A stretch of 64,000 nucleotides of DNA from Octopus sinensis (taxonomy: Eukaryota): the NCBI RefSeq assembly GCF_006345805.1, contig NC_043010.1, forward strand, positions 64,976,001-65,040,000, in the 5' to 3' direction. Numbering within the stretch: position 1 is the first letter of the stretch; each line of letters starts with the position of its first letter. The position numbers and the translations under genes are program-made. The notes under the pieces were generated by a model. The model was not told the DNA's origin. It ran no database searches and saw nothing but the letters and a program-made list of their open reading frames with translations. Shown in pieces: positions 1-13,546 of the stretch.

Positions 1-860
1 ACAGACAAAACACAGTCTACGCTTTCAGGCTTTTGTATAAAGTTTTCGGGAATAACCCAATAAGTTTACTATTAATTCCATGAAATATTCACGGACCCCA
101 ACAATTTGAATTAGTTCACTTCGGAAAAGAAGCTGCTATATACTGTTCTCTTACATGAAACCTTTAGTGGTATCAATCACTGTAAGGGCCTCGGAATAAC
201 AGTCGATAATAACTTAGAATAGAGTGACCACATAAACAACAAAACTGACATGATCCGTATGTTGTGCTCCTGGATCCTAAGAATTTTCAGGTTCAGAGAT
301 GCTCCTACCATTATCATTCTCTTCCCTACCAAAGCCCGTCCTCATCTAGAATACCGTTGTGCGCTTTGGTCTCTCGACATGAAAGTAAAGATCATAAAAA
401 TTGAAGCATCCCAGAGATCAATCAAAGAAAAAGCAAGACATGTCAGGGCTTGAATACTGGGATCGGCTCCAGAAACACAAACTTTACTCCCTCCAACTTC
501 ACCATGAGCGCTATATCATTCGTATAATGTGGAAAATATTCCAATATTGTTCAAACAGTGTTGTGATCAACTGTAAAGTTCACCCTAGACTTGGACCCAA
601 TGTCATTCGCCCTCTACAAAAATCGTCCTCGCGTCCAATTACAACACTAAGCAGAAGCATTTCACCTCAACTGGCCCTGCTTTCTTTAACATCATGCCAA
701 GACACATAAAAGAAGAAAAGGATCTCATGGTATTCGGACATTCCCCGGATGAATATCCCGAACAAATTCCAGATAAATCAAGTACACCCGGATAAATCTC
801 TGCAAACAATAACTCTTTACTCGCATGGGCTATGGTACCCAAAACATGATTGTAACATGA
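1..860 (+). mobile_element. CR1-like LINE, degenerate 3' part
   Basis: Broken frames give LGITVDNNL, RPHLEYxxALWS, LEYWDRLQKHKLYSLQ..HERYII and GPALxNIMPRHIKEEKD, typical of the CR1-group RT C-terminus. Confidence 0.75.
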
Positions 861-978
861 AGCATGATTAAATGTTTTATTAGTGCTGCTACTAAGTTAG
901 TCATGGCCAGGGTTTATTCTGACCGAAAGTCATTTAAGTATCTAAGTACCCGCATACCCTGAACAAATATGTACTTAC

Positions 979-1122
979 CATATGTTTGCTTGTCACACTT
1001 CTTTCCATGCCATCCATCTTCGCAGCCATATTTACAGATTCCAGTAATTTGGTGACAATATTCCGCTCCAGAACAATGACATTCATTGATACAGTCTTTA
1101 CCATACAATTGTGGTGGACATC
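979..1122 (-). CDS. Gene 2 EGF-like exon
   Basis: caatttag|...G|gtaagt, 144 nt, phase 1-1, CPPQLYGKDCINECHCSGAEYCHQITGICKYGCEDGWHGKKCDKQTY, 8 Cys. Confidence 0.92.
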
Positions 1123-1815
1123 CTAAATTGATAACATCGAAACAGTTTCTTTGTAAATGAGCATTAAAATAAAACAGTTATTGAATATAACATTCAATCT
1201 TACAAGATCTCACATATAATCAACAAGAGATTCTATGTTTCAAGAGTATCTCTTGATATAGAATCTCTTGATGTAGCTAACAAGAGATACTATATATCAT
1301 ATTTACAATCTTAAAATTGCAGAAATTCGCGCACATATAAGAAATCAAAAATTATGCGATTCCTGTACATGTAGAAGCTACATAAGCTACAGTTGAGACA
1401 CTAGCGTATCCAGAGTGTGTGCCTCCCAGGGCGGCCCTTCCGTTTGCCACCCCGTACCTCTCAAAAGCACATATTGCCTATAGTAGACTCAAAAGTGATG
1501 CCACTTTAAAAGTACCGCTATTGGTGGACCACCCCTACCGCCCCCCAAACGTAGCTACGCTAATGAATTAAGAGCACTTTAAAGCATTATAGCCGAGAAG
1601 AGAGACTTGGCTGGCTGGGCTGGCATCCCAACATCCCCCTGAACAGAACACCAGTTTGCCGAAGGTTTATCCATTTACAGCTGAGTGAACTGGGATAACG
1701 TCAAAGAAGAATTTTACTCTAGAACTCAACGCATCACTGGTCCGAGAATTGAAACACCGATTTTACAATCATGGATGCAACACCCTAACCACCAGAACTT
1801 TCATCTCTCTCTCTA

Positions 1816-1869
<54 letters not shown>

Positions 1870-3279
1870 CATTTTCAAATGCAAATTATGTATTTAGTTG
1901 AAATTTATATTTTTATAGGGAAACTTGTTGCAACCTGTAACACAATTTCTACTGAAAGTTATTATCGGGGTAAAAAGTTTGCTCCACAATCAGATTTTTC
2001 TGGGTTCAAGTTCTGTTGCGTAGCACCTTGGATAAATGTCTTCTGCTATAACCTCGAGCCGACCAAAGTGTTCTGGTGTATTTAGCAAACGGAAACTGAA
2101 AGGAGCTTTACTTATGTAACATATGTGTGTGTGTGGGTGTGTGTTGGTCTCCCACAATATCTTGATGACCAGTGTTGGTTTACATTTGCATAATAAGTAA
2201 TGAGGGCGATTCATTCGACCAAATAAAACTTTTCAATACCGTGCCCCAGTATGGCCGCAGTTCAATGACTGAAGCAGAAATATCTGTCATCTTTCGAACT
2301 TATTTCGTATAACAATTAATACATTCTTTTATTATTTGTTTATTTATATTTATATATATAAAATCTTTATCTTAAATTGAAAATTATTTCAAACCGCACA
2401 AAAGATACAATTATTTTATTTTTTCATAAATTAAATCAATAACATGCCTTCTCTTTTAGAGGTCTGCCTTGAGTCAGTCTGAGAATTATTCTTATGCCTC
2501 TGAGCGTGTATGATAGTTTGTGTGTATGTAGATGTGTGGTTACTTACAATGCACTCATACTCACGAATACAAAATCACAAATACAGGCAGACATATGTGT
2601 ATATATACACAACCGCACAGATACACACACACACTTCGTTTATTCTTCCCTCCCCGTCTCTTATAAGCTACTCCTCATCTACATGCACTCATAGAAGCAT
2701 ACCTAAACACAGGCGTAGGAATAATTCTCAGACAGACTCAAGGGAGAAGTTTAAAACAAAGGAAATGTCATTGATGAGGTCAAGAATAGCAACGAAATCA
2801 CCTTGACACACAAGCAAACGATTGCTTAACGAACACATAAAACAAACGATCGGTTAGTTAGTTTGTTAGATATTGAACCGTTTGACTAACAATGAAAATG
2901 TCATTTTGAATCAGTACGTATGTTCACTGGGGCAATGACCCTCCCAACACAACAAGATTTGTTTCCACACACGAATTCGAATCAAGAGTGTTGCAATCCG
3001 CATACAAAAATAAAGTATTTTACAAATTACTTTTTAAAAAGTTAATTCAATGTCAAGAGGCTTAGATGAAAATAAGTATCGTTTCAGTAATAAGGTGCCT
3101 TTTGAAAATACGTTTTCTTAAAGTTTTTTCAATAAACAAATTGTTTTGATGATAAGATGTGTGATAAATTGTCGTTTGATAATAGGTTTTGGTATCACTG
3201 ATTATGCATGATATGAAATACCACAAATACATTCGAATAAACAATTGGAAATCAATTTTAATGTGAGAAATCAACATAC

Positions 3280-3423
3280 CATATAACTTAATATGATAAA
3301 CTCCAGCTTTCCCATCAATATACAAATAAGAATTCTCTACGTCACCGGTACAAATTGTTCTATTTGCGTTTGGTTTTAATTTGCATTCCATATTATATGG
3401 ATAGGTAACTTTCATTGTTGAAT
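3280..3423 (-). CDS. Gene 2 non-EGF extracellular module, exon 2
   Basis: tctctatag|...G|gtatgt, 144 nt, phase 1-1, DSTMKVTYPYNMECKLKPNANRTICTGDVENSYLYIDGKAGVYHIKLY(G). Joins the EGF exon as KLYG-CPPQLYG. Confidence 0.7.
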
Positions 3424-4512
3424 CTATAGAGAACAGAATATACAATATACGTAAAAACAGAAAATTTATATCAGCAAATGTTAAGTTTAAGTAAATATAA
3501 ATAAAACAAGTGTGTGTATATGAGTGTGCGCGTGCCTCTGCGTGTGTGTGTGTATTTATTAAAGTAAATAGTTTTGCTAGAAATAAGAGTCAAATCAACT
3601 CAATAGCCACACATACGCATATATTTATATATATGCGTGGATACGTATGTATCCATATCAGTGTATATGTCACGAGATCTACTTCACAGCCCTTAACTGC
3701 TCCTTTAAAAACTGCAAATCACCATCTTCATCATCAACATCATCATCAACTGGAAATTGAGTATATATGGTATATTTAGCACCCTGTCAGCCAGATCCAT
3801 GACTATATTTCGATACTAATTTACAGTGATTTCATTTTTCTGACATTATCAATGCACTTGAGTAAGTATGACTCTTGCAGTGTCCTTTCTGCTAAATATT
3901 TTGGGCTTTTTATGTCTGCATAGAGAAAACTATTAAATACCACCGACTATTTTTCTTAGACCTGCTCTGAAATCAGCCGACATTCGTGAAATTGATAAAT
4001 ATATTGATGAGAAGAAGAGAAGAGAGAGAGAGAGAGAGAGAGCAAATGGTAAGGAAAGGTCTACCTTTGCACTGAAATACTTGCATTATTAACATTATTT
4101 TAGGTGGCGAGCTAGCATTCATTCCGGCGCTTTCCTCTTAAATTCTGCCGAGTCCGACTTCGCTTCTAATTCTTCTGGGGTCGAAAAATAAGAACCACCC
4201 TGCACTAATTCAAGTTTGGATTTTACACAAACTTGTAAGAATCTACGTATATACCACGTTGCCAATAATTTCAGAGATTCTGCTCACTTGGAATAATCGT
4301 TATAAATTTTCTAATAAGCATTAAAAAACGTGCTCAGTCAACGTGAACCAATATTTTGATACTTTCATAAAATAATATTATATTGTCATTCAATTGATAA
4401 TGTCTGAATACAGTGTATTTAAAACGAATTAATTTCGATTTATTGTCATGAAAAATATAACTACAACAATCATTATCAACAATAAAATAGAATATGAAAT
4501 ATTATTTCTCAC

Positions 4513-4662
4513 CCGCAAAATTACTGTAAATTTCTACAGTACTAAATCTGTATGTGTTTCTGAATCGCATTAGTATTCGGGGTTTCTTTGCCTGTTTGTT
4601 ATCAGAGGAAAATAAATAGGAATACGTGCTCGACTCGTTCTTTATGAATTCATGATATTTTC
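4513..4662 (-). CDS. Gene 2 non-EGF extracellular module, exon 1
   Basis: atatacag|...G|gtgaga, 150 nt, phase 1-1, open: KYHEFIKNESSTYSYLFSSDNKQAKKPRILMRFRNTYRFSTVEIYSNFA. Confidence 0.6.
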
Positions 4663-5322
4663 CTGTATATAAAGAAATAAGTTTAGATTATTAAACTGAA
4701 AAATCGGAAAATGAATGCGAATAGCAACAAACGTGAACAAGTGTTCAGATAAGTAATGGTATATTTTAGAAACAAAAGAGATTTTTTACATTTGAATTAC
4801 GACAAATATTAACACAAAGAAACTACAAGTTTTATTCTGATTATAGAAAGAGATTACAAATATTGTAAAAATGTTCTTTTATTTTCCGAAGATGCGGCTG
4901 TGTTAGTCCTGGTGTATATACTCGAAGGAACAGCCTCTATTCAGTTTATATTTACATTGTGAAAGAAAATACAAAACAATCCTTCCATCACTACGTTATA
5001 GTGAAACATGTCGTGAGATTGTGAGATCTAATACTCTGAAGAAGGAAGGCGCTGAGCTGGGAGAAACGTTATCACGTCGAACAAAATGCCTAACAGCATT
5101 TCGTCTCCTAAAACGGTGAGGTAGGGGAATCGTAAGAATGTCGCGCACGAAGCGCTTAACGGTATTTCATCCGTTTCTGAGTTCAATTTCCATTTTACTT
5201 TTCATCCAGTTGAGGTCGTTAAGCTATCAGTTGATTACTGAGATCAATATTATCAACTTCCCAAGAAATAGTTGCACCTGTACCAGAATTTGAAACCTAT
5301 ATATTTATATAAAAAAGAAATG

Positions 5323-5545
5323 AATGTATGTATGTATGTATGTATGTATGTATGTATGTATGTATGTATGTATGTATGTATGTTTGTATGTATGTATGTG
5401 TGTATGTATGTATGTTTGTATGTATGTATGTATATATGTATGTATCTGTGTGTGTATATATGTATGTATGTATGTATATATGTATGTATGTTTATATAAA
5501 TATATATTAATATATACATACATATATGTACATACCTACATATAC
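5323..5545. repeat. (TATG)n microsatellite
   Basis: Direct reading. Similar tracts at 28832-28900 and 51221-51415. Confidence 0.95.
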
Positions 5546-5894
5546 ATGCATATATGGGTACAGGACATCAAAAAATCGTTCAACACAATGAGAAACTTTA
5601 ACATAAAAACAAAAACATAGAAAACGAATATTTTTTCGAACAACGAGAAAAACAGAGAAACGAGACATGACTACGCGTAATTGATTGGTCAGCTGCAATA
5701 TTTTGAGCTCTTTTATTTTATTTTAGACTTACTCTTCTTGTCCTGTACTTTTCCAGGTTTAGTAAGTACTTAAGAATATTGTCAATCTTGCTCACATTTT
5801 TTAATTTAACATATGGCAAGAAAATAATTTCATTTTACGCAAATAGTTACAATATATTTGAATGACTTTTGTGAATGTTATAATTTTTTCCTTT

Positions 5895-6150
5895 TGACAT
5901 TTGATAGACGTTACTCTTAGTTACTTTAGATGCAAATTGCGCGTAATTTTGTTTCCAGCTGTTATTTCAGTGCGAAAACGGACATTTGCGCCATATTTTG
6001 CTTTTTTTAAAGGCAAGAGAGCTACTGAGAAAGAAATGTACGAAGTTTATGGTGTTGAAGGCACGTCAGAATTTTTTTTTTCACCCAAAGATGACCAACG
6101 TTCTGGTCGACCTGCTGTGACGATAAAGTCCGAATAAAAACCATAATTGA
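5895..6150 (+). mobile_element. Mariner transposase N-terminal fragment
   Basis: KGKRATE..KEMYEVYG...DDQRSGRP (HTH with RSGRP motif). Confidence 0.65.
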
Positions 6151-6699
6151 ATCTGCTTGTCATATAAATGTGCGAAAGATTTCAGAGATTACATCGACCC
6201 CAGAACTCAACTGGTACTAATTTCATCGTTCCCGAATCGGACGGTAAAATGTAAAGTAAACAACAGGGAAATTAGAATTCAGAAGGTGAAGTCAAAATAA
6301 ATATTGCTAAGCAATTTTGTCCGGTGCCCTGTCGATTCTACTTGGTTACCGCCTTACAACAACAACAACAACAACAGTTGCAACAATAATAACGCTTTCA
6401 AATTTCGATAAAAAGGCCAGTAATTTCAGGAAGTTGTTAAGTCGATTACATCGAGAATAATGATGGTGATGATGATAATCTCTTTATCACTCACAAATAG
6501 TTGACAAAATCAACTAATTTGCTGAAAGGCAGCATTTTCTGCTCCCATCTTCCATGTTTGAGGGACAATGAAAAACTTGATATCGTCTTGGCCAAAAGCG
6601 AATCTCGTCCACCACATATTCTCTTCCGCTAGAATTAGCAGGTAGATTCAAACATCCCATCTTTTCCGGTCCAAGGTAAGGCATAATGATGATATTCAC

Positions 6700-7720
6700 A
6701 GTGAATTCAGATGATTACATGATCCACTTATTGTGACAGTAAGCAATGATTCCCACATAACTCTACGTATGAGCAATTCTCGGGACGAGAAGTTTCCGCG
6801 CTCTGCGCGCATCTCGAACAGAGTAGCTGACATCGAGTTTGTAGAGTTTATCTCAAATCGGCAAATCATCCCCAGTCTTTCGGGACCACCACCAAGTCAT
6901 GGATTACTTGAAACTATACATTGTTCCCAGCCCGAAATTTCTTCGACCAGCAAATTATTTCTCCATCACAAATCTTTCCTGGAGCAACAACGTGCAACTT
7001 CCATCTAACGTATTGCTCGACATGTAGAGGGTGTTGAGCACCTGATGATATTCCAGATGCCCATTGTCTTCCCTCGATTTTCGCTTGACGTAGAACTGCA
7101 GTTTTGCCAATAAACAAACTGTAGAACATAGTGACCACACCTGTTCAAAATCAAAAAAATTGTTGATCACGTAGCCTCAGTGTTGGCCACCGTATCATTC
7201 TACATGACATGCCCTCTCCCCTATATACTATGTGCAAATAGCAAATGGATCATTTGTCAACTGGAAAACATTCCCTCCACAAAAAGCGGAAGAACAGTTA
7301 TTTCAGTCTTGTGAAACGCATGGCAAAATGTTCAGGCACGCTGCCCGACCTTTTAGAGACGGCTTCCTATAAATTCTTTTATTCAACGGGTAATTGACCT
7401 CCCTGCTCGCTACGTTGCCCATCTTTTTCTACCTAGAAATAAGGACCAAACAAGACTCTTGGCAATTTAAATCGTCCACCCGTGAAATAAACCAGGTCGC
7501 TGCTGAATGTCATGGATATGAACTCTTCAGGTTCATGACTTGCACCCAAGCATTTTTTCCTGGTTTATTCCTGCTCTTGTCACAGCACCAAAGACACTGA
7601 CAAAGGTGCTGATCACCTCTATGTGCCTGATGGCTGGCTCTATATCTGTGACGTAGTCCACATTTACCTGCGCTGATCTTCTCCATCCTAGTTTCCGTGT
7701 AATTTAGTAGTGTCGCAAAA
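6700..7720 (-). mobile_element. Degenerate LINE (RTE-like) RT C-terminal fragment
   Basis: Broken frames IAKSLVWSLF, VRWKLHVV and RKTGDDL resemble the LINE C-terminal (LRWxGHV, GRPRKTW) region. Confidence 0.4.
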
Positions 7721-7757
7721 TTCCATAGTAATACAAATAAGGCAAGAAAAAAACAAC

Positions 7758-8429
7758 CTTGACAGACTGTGGGCTCGATATTGAATGGTTACAATAGGTG
7801 TCCATTCACCCTAAAAAATGTCGCTGTATGGTTCGGGGAACCGACCGCAGAAGACGGAGCCGAAACCAGTTGCTTTGAGGACAGCTGTCAAGTGTTGGTG
7901 ATAGTTCCTATCGAAAATTTTGATTAATTTAAGTTCATCAGGGCAGCACCAGTGCAAGATACCTTAGGCACTTTATACATGATGTATCACACGAGGTGGT
8001 GCTTACTGTGGAAAAATCTGTTAAGAATAACGCATGTCTACACATGACCAATCACACTACCAACGACAAGCGCCAACCTCTTCGCTAACACCTCAGCCAA
8101 AATCTTGAGTTTATTTTAGTATCATGTGTGGTCAGCAAAGTAACCAACAACAATTCTGTCCATACTGCAAGCTAGATCCATAACCTCCTAGTCCATATCT
8201 ATTTTGAATTCACATTTAAACATGATAAACTATAATTTAAACAAAACTAGGGGACTGCTGCATAAGGGATGACTTCTGACTACATCGCAACAAATTTTCC
8301 AGAAGTTACCATAGTTCTACTTTATCAATGCTGATTTGTGGCTAAGCAATAACTTTTAGAAAACTTTTATTCAGATTAGAAGTTCTCACCTACCATCCAG
8401 ATATTGGAAGAAGAAATATGTGAGATCCA
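7758..8429 (-). pseudogene. Candidate decayed exons of gene 2 (8394-8429 and 7758-8017)
   Basis: A 36-nt phase 1-1 exon (LDLTYFFFQYLD) has good splice sites. A 260-nt block (DFSTVSTTSCDTSCIKC / ELKLIKIFDRNYHQHLTAVLKATGFGSVFCGRFPEPYSDIF*GEWTPIVTIQY / CQ) needs frameshifts and contains a stop. Confidence 0.25.
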
Positions 8430-10092
8430 CTGAAAAGAACAGGAAATTTTCATTCTTGTTCATTGAAGATTTTAGAGATAACCAAAGTTGCAGCTCGATC
8501 AATTTTATTTAAAAAAAGGTATTGGAAAGATTTACTTTGGATTCAACGAAGAATTATTCCTTTCTCTCGTGGTGTATCAACAATTAGTTGTAGACCCCAG
8601 TGTTGAGGGACCACGGTTTGTTGACATGTAAGTGTAAAAGTATTTCATTTGTTTTTCGTTTGTTTGTTTTTTCCACATCTCGAATATGTAGCGGTCTTCG
8701 AAAGACATAAATTCAAAGGTTCTCACAGTTTGTTTTGGTATAAATGCTTGGTAAGGAATACTAAAAGTTGTCCGTCCACAGACTCGGACCTGAATGTCTT
8801 CTGAACACTCTTGTTAACGTGACTTCATTGATACTCAGGGTAACCCCGGGACATTGTTGCTCATATGTCTTCGTAAGAATGTCAACCAGGAATAATATTT
8901 TCTACACTGTGCAGTGTTTTCGGTTGATGAAAATTAAACATATCACCACAGAAGTCATTTATATTGTATATCTACTTTTTCTATTAAACATAGCAAGCGT
9001 ATAGTGGTGGATACCAGTCCTGGATATAAACGTGTTTGTGCAATTCCTTAACCTCAAAGATAACAAATTTCTAAGTCTTTATAGACATTCAGACTGTTTT
9101 CTGAAATTTTCTTCAAACTGACTTCATGTTCCATAGTTGAAATATTCATCTTCCTTTTCAACCTAAAATGTGATTAAATGTGACGGTACTCACTTGATAT
9201 CAAGCATATCAAATTCAATGAAGTCTAGCAAAAATACCAGTTTTAACACTCAAAGATCTGTGCAGTTTCTCATTATCAATATCATAAATTTCACACAGAA
9301 ATATAGCCTTCAATCGCATGAAGTTTGTTAATTGACTGGAAGCTCCTCATAGATTCTCAGATGAGAGGTCGGTCATTCCGCAGTATATTTGTAAGGGGAC
9401 TACCAGATATTTTTTCAGTTTGCTTAATATTAAAAAAGGATATTTCTGTGAAACTGTGAGTACACTTAAACTGCTGAAACATATATACTTAGGTGGTTAT
9501 GGACTTCAAGGAGACCCAAACATGGCCGCCATCTACTAATCGGTAAATGACTTACCGAATAAAAGACAATATATACCATATTTAAATTGAAATATTGTTT
9601 CATATAATTATAAGTTCAATAATCTTCTTATTGGATTTGCGTCTTTAGTTACAATTTGAGTATTGCTAAAGCTTTACATATGTACGTATTCATATTTAAA
9701 CTTCGCGCATAATGTATGGGAGTTAGTGAACACTACATAGATGCCGTACTCTGTGTAAGGAAGACCCCTAAAAGACGTATCATGTTACAAAAGACACCAT
9801 ATTTCAAAGTATCAAAGTATACAAACGAAATCTTTAACGGGGTTTCTTTTTGAGGAAAGATGACAACTCTGTAGCGATTACTAACGCAAATACACTCATA
9901 TGTGATACTGATAGCGTTTACAATATTGAGCATGTTCAAGCGCAAAATTGAAGTTTGTATTCCTTGTGCGACGCTTTTTTACACCAGCAATTAGATGATA
10001 TGTAATTTGTATACACATCTCTGGCTGGCAATAACAAGTCGTTTTGGAAGTTTTGGAATAACAAGTCGTTTCGCGACTTACGAATACAGGCC

Positions 10093-10167
<75 letters not shown>

Positions 10168-10856
10168 CGTGCGTGTCTGTGAGGTACAGAAAGCATTACC
10201 ATCGAAAATTCTTAAGCATTTGTAGGACATGAAGTAAGAAGTTTTAGTAGCAGAAAGAGTAAAAAAGAATATGTATATACTAGCGCTAATCCGGCCTCCT
10301 CCCCGGTTTGTACTGTACTAAATGTATACCTTATACTTATCAGTCAGATCGTAGTTAAGAGCTATTAGTCGCCAGTTTTCACGACAAATAGGTCTAAATT
10401 GCAGCCTGACTTGTTGCCTTAATCTTTCTCGTTCTCTCGAGTGGGTATTTCTGTACTACGAGCATTGCAGCACTACGGTTGTTACTTTAAATAAAGAGCA
10501 ATAAAATAGCTGTGTATTTTTTCATTGTTTTATGATTTTATTTACCGTATTATTTGATTTATTTATTATTTTAAACTTAATTTTATTTTTGATTCAGTCA
10601 ATTTATTTCTGTCCCTATATTATTTTAACAAACGAATATGCATCTGAGTAAAATAAATAATATAAATTGATTGATTTACAAATACATTGACAAATCGTCT
10701 TCGTATTGTAGCTGGTGTTGTCGCGTGCCGTAGCTTATCATAGCTGGTTAGTAAACAAGTGCTAGAGCTCTACTCTAGTGACACCAATTATAGATTTTTA
10801 TTGAAATCTAATTCACCTATAATTCAACAGGGATGCAAAGTACATTAAATATGTGT

Positions 10857-11190
10857 AGGCACCGGAGTGGCTGTGTGGCAAGTAGCTTGCTTTCCAACCA
10901 CATGGTTCCGGGTTCAGTCCCACTGTGTGGCACTTTGGGCAAGTGTCTTCTGCTATAGCCTCGTGAGTGGATTTGGTAGATGGAAACTGAAAGAAGCCTT
11001 GTCGTATATATGTATATATATATATGTGTGTGTTTGTGTTTCTATGTCTGTGTTTGTCCCCCAACATCGCTTGACAACCGATGCTGGTGTGTTTAGGTCC
11101 CCGTAACTTATCGGTTCGGCAAAATAAGTACTAAGCTTACAAAGAATAAGTCCTGGGGTCGATTTGCTCGACTAAAGGCGGTGCTGCAGG
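10857..11190 (+). mobile_element. tRNA-derived SINE, family D
   Basis: ggagtggctgtgtggcaagtagcttgc...ggttcagtcccac...gggcaagtgtcttc. Related copies near 1960-2280 (+) and 50325-50660 (-). Confidence 0.75.
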
Positions 11191-12089
11191 TCACTTTAAA
11201 ATAAAGCCTGTATATTATAAATAATATATATTGGGCATTTCAGTTGATTTATAGGCAAAATATTCCAAATTTAAATTGTGGTACTTTCTGAGCAAAATTT
11301 GATACTTTGATACTGGCAGTTTCATCAAAAGAAGTTTGACAGATCTGATTGAATGAAGAAATTTACAGAGTGCGATGAAAGGAGAGCGGAACATTTCTTG
11401 AAAACCACACAGAACTCCCAGGTTAGTTAACCAGAGGCAAAATAATGTTGTGCCAGGAAGAAGCATCAACGGGAAATATTGTCGACAACTACAAACTAAT
11501 AACCTGTCTGTCCATTATGTGAAAGCTGCTGAGAGGAATACTATATATAAATCAAAGGTAGGACAAAAAGAACATAACAGGTGGAATCGAAGAAAACACA
11601 ACATGCCAAAAATAGACGATAACATAACATGAGTGATACCATAGACAATAACATAAAAAGATGTAAACAGGACGGAAACAAGATAGACGGGCCATTCGCA
11701 GCAAAGTTCCTCATCAGTCGGTTTCTTAAAGGTCATTATAGATTCGAACCGCTTTAATACCGAGACTATTCGAATCCAACAAGGTGCCAGGGACTTAAAG
11801 GAAAAGCATTAAGCCTCCAGGAAAATCAAACGAATATATACAACAACAAAACAAGAACGAAAACGAAGAGAAAGCAAACTTTATGCACATACAAAGCAGA
11901 GAAAACGATGGTACATTACAATACGAAAATATAAATAAAAGAGAGGGTCTCTCTACTATCGGACGAATGTAACATTATAAAAAATGCAATTGCAACAGAA
12001 ACAGAATTATACATTTAAAATGGACAGGCGCCTTTCAGCTATACAACAAAATAAAAACATAGTTGGGACAAACAAGGACAGACAAAGGG

Positions 12090-12380
12090 ATTAAGTCGAT
12101 TACATCGACCCCAGTGCGAAACTGGTACTTTATTTATCAACCCCGAAAGGATGAAAGGCAAAGTCGACCTCCGCGGAATTTGAACTCAGAACGTAGCGGC
12201 AGATGAAATACCGCTAAGCATTTCGCCCGACGTGCTAACGATTCTGCCAGTTCGCCGCCTTACAAGGATAGTTTTTTTAAAATTATTCCGACGCTCTAAC
12301 GATTCTGCCAGTTCGCCGCCTTAAAAGGTTAGGTTTTTATTAATTATTCCGACGTTCTAACGATTCTGCCAGTTTCTCGT
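12090..12380 (-). mobile_element. SINE family A with a tandemly reiterated 5' head
   Basis: Reverse complement of the family A consensus; the 60-bp unit ctaacgattctgccagttcgccgcctt... is repeated about 2.5 times. Confidence 0.8.
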
Positions 12381-13546
12381 CAAATAATTGTCGTATAAAT
12401 AAATAACAAAAACGCTCTTATGTATGTGTATAAGCATGTATGTATGTTTCGCAGAATATTACGAGACTGAAAACAGCATCGCACTCCAGTATCTGCCTTG
12501 GCATGCATCCTATGATTGGTTGTCCCACTTTGTACCAAGCAATTTATAATGTACTGGGTTCTTTTTTTGGGTGGGGATACAGTATTGAGGGATGTGGTTT
12601 CTGTCAGATGCTCAGAGGTATGATAACGGACAGGCACGAGTGTCTTGATGTAAGAGAGATATTTTGCTACCCCTAATGAAAACGAAGGAAGAAATTAGGG
12701 GTTATCCTCAAGGAACAAGTAAGAATAGAGAAAGAAATTCAGAAAGTGTAGGCAAGTAATGGTAAGTTAGCAACTCTGTGAAAAGAGAATGACAAATGGT
12801 TAGTGATGGAGACAGAGGTGGATCCGGTGAGTGTGGAAAACGTGCAAGCATCGTCAAGGCTGAATATCAGTTGGGGGGGGGGATGAAGGGATTAGGAGAG
12901 GATGAGTGAAGAAAAGGAGGAGGAGAAGATAAGTGATAGAACAAAGTAAAGATGGTGGAAAGCAATAGTATAATGAAACCGGGGATAGATGAGATGTAGG
13001 GTGGTTTTATGATGTATGGGGATTTTCGGAATCGGAGTCTAGCGGGAAATAGGGATGGAAATTGCGTATATGTGCGTTTGTGTGTGTTATGTATATATGG
13101 GTGTATGTGATGTCGCGTGCGTGTGTATATTTCAAGAATGTGTTAAATATTATTTGTCAGTATACAATAATAGTGTAACATCTTTTCGTTTATAGGAATT
13201 AAACTGTTGTTTTAAGGAAACAAGATTATTAATGTTATGCTGTTCTGCATATCTCAAACTGTCTTATATTAATAAAGTCTAAAAGGGGTTCCAATTTTTA
13301 TATATTTCTTACATATTCATGCCTTAATATCATTGCGCTTCTTGGTTAAACTTCGTCAATCAGAATTTAAATGTTGGGAAAGAAAGTCACGCTTTAAACA
13401 ATTGTACTTATTATCAGAAATGCGTAGCTGTATGTTCGGACAACTCACTTTGAATGAAATTCTAATTTAAATAGTGTATATCAGAATGTAATCTTCAGCA
13501 ATCCTGCTATTATTTTACTAAAATTTTTAACAATCATTTTACTTAC

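Noticed and set aside
3820-3915. Strong acceptor followed by an open frame (IKSPKYLAERTLQESYLLKC...)
   Set aside because: Ends in a stop or an incompatible phase, and exons 4513 and 3423 already join in frame without it.
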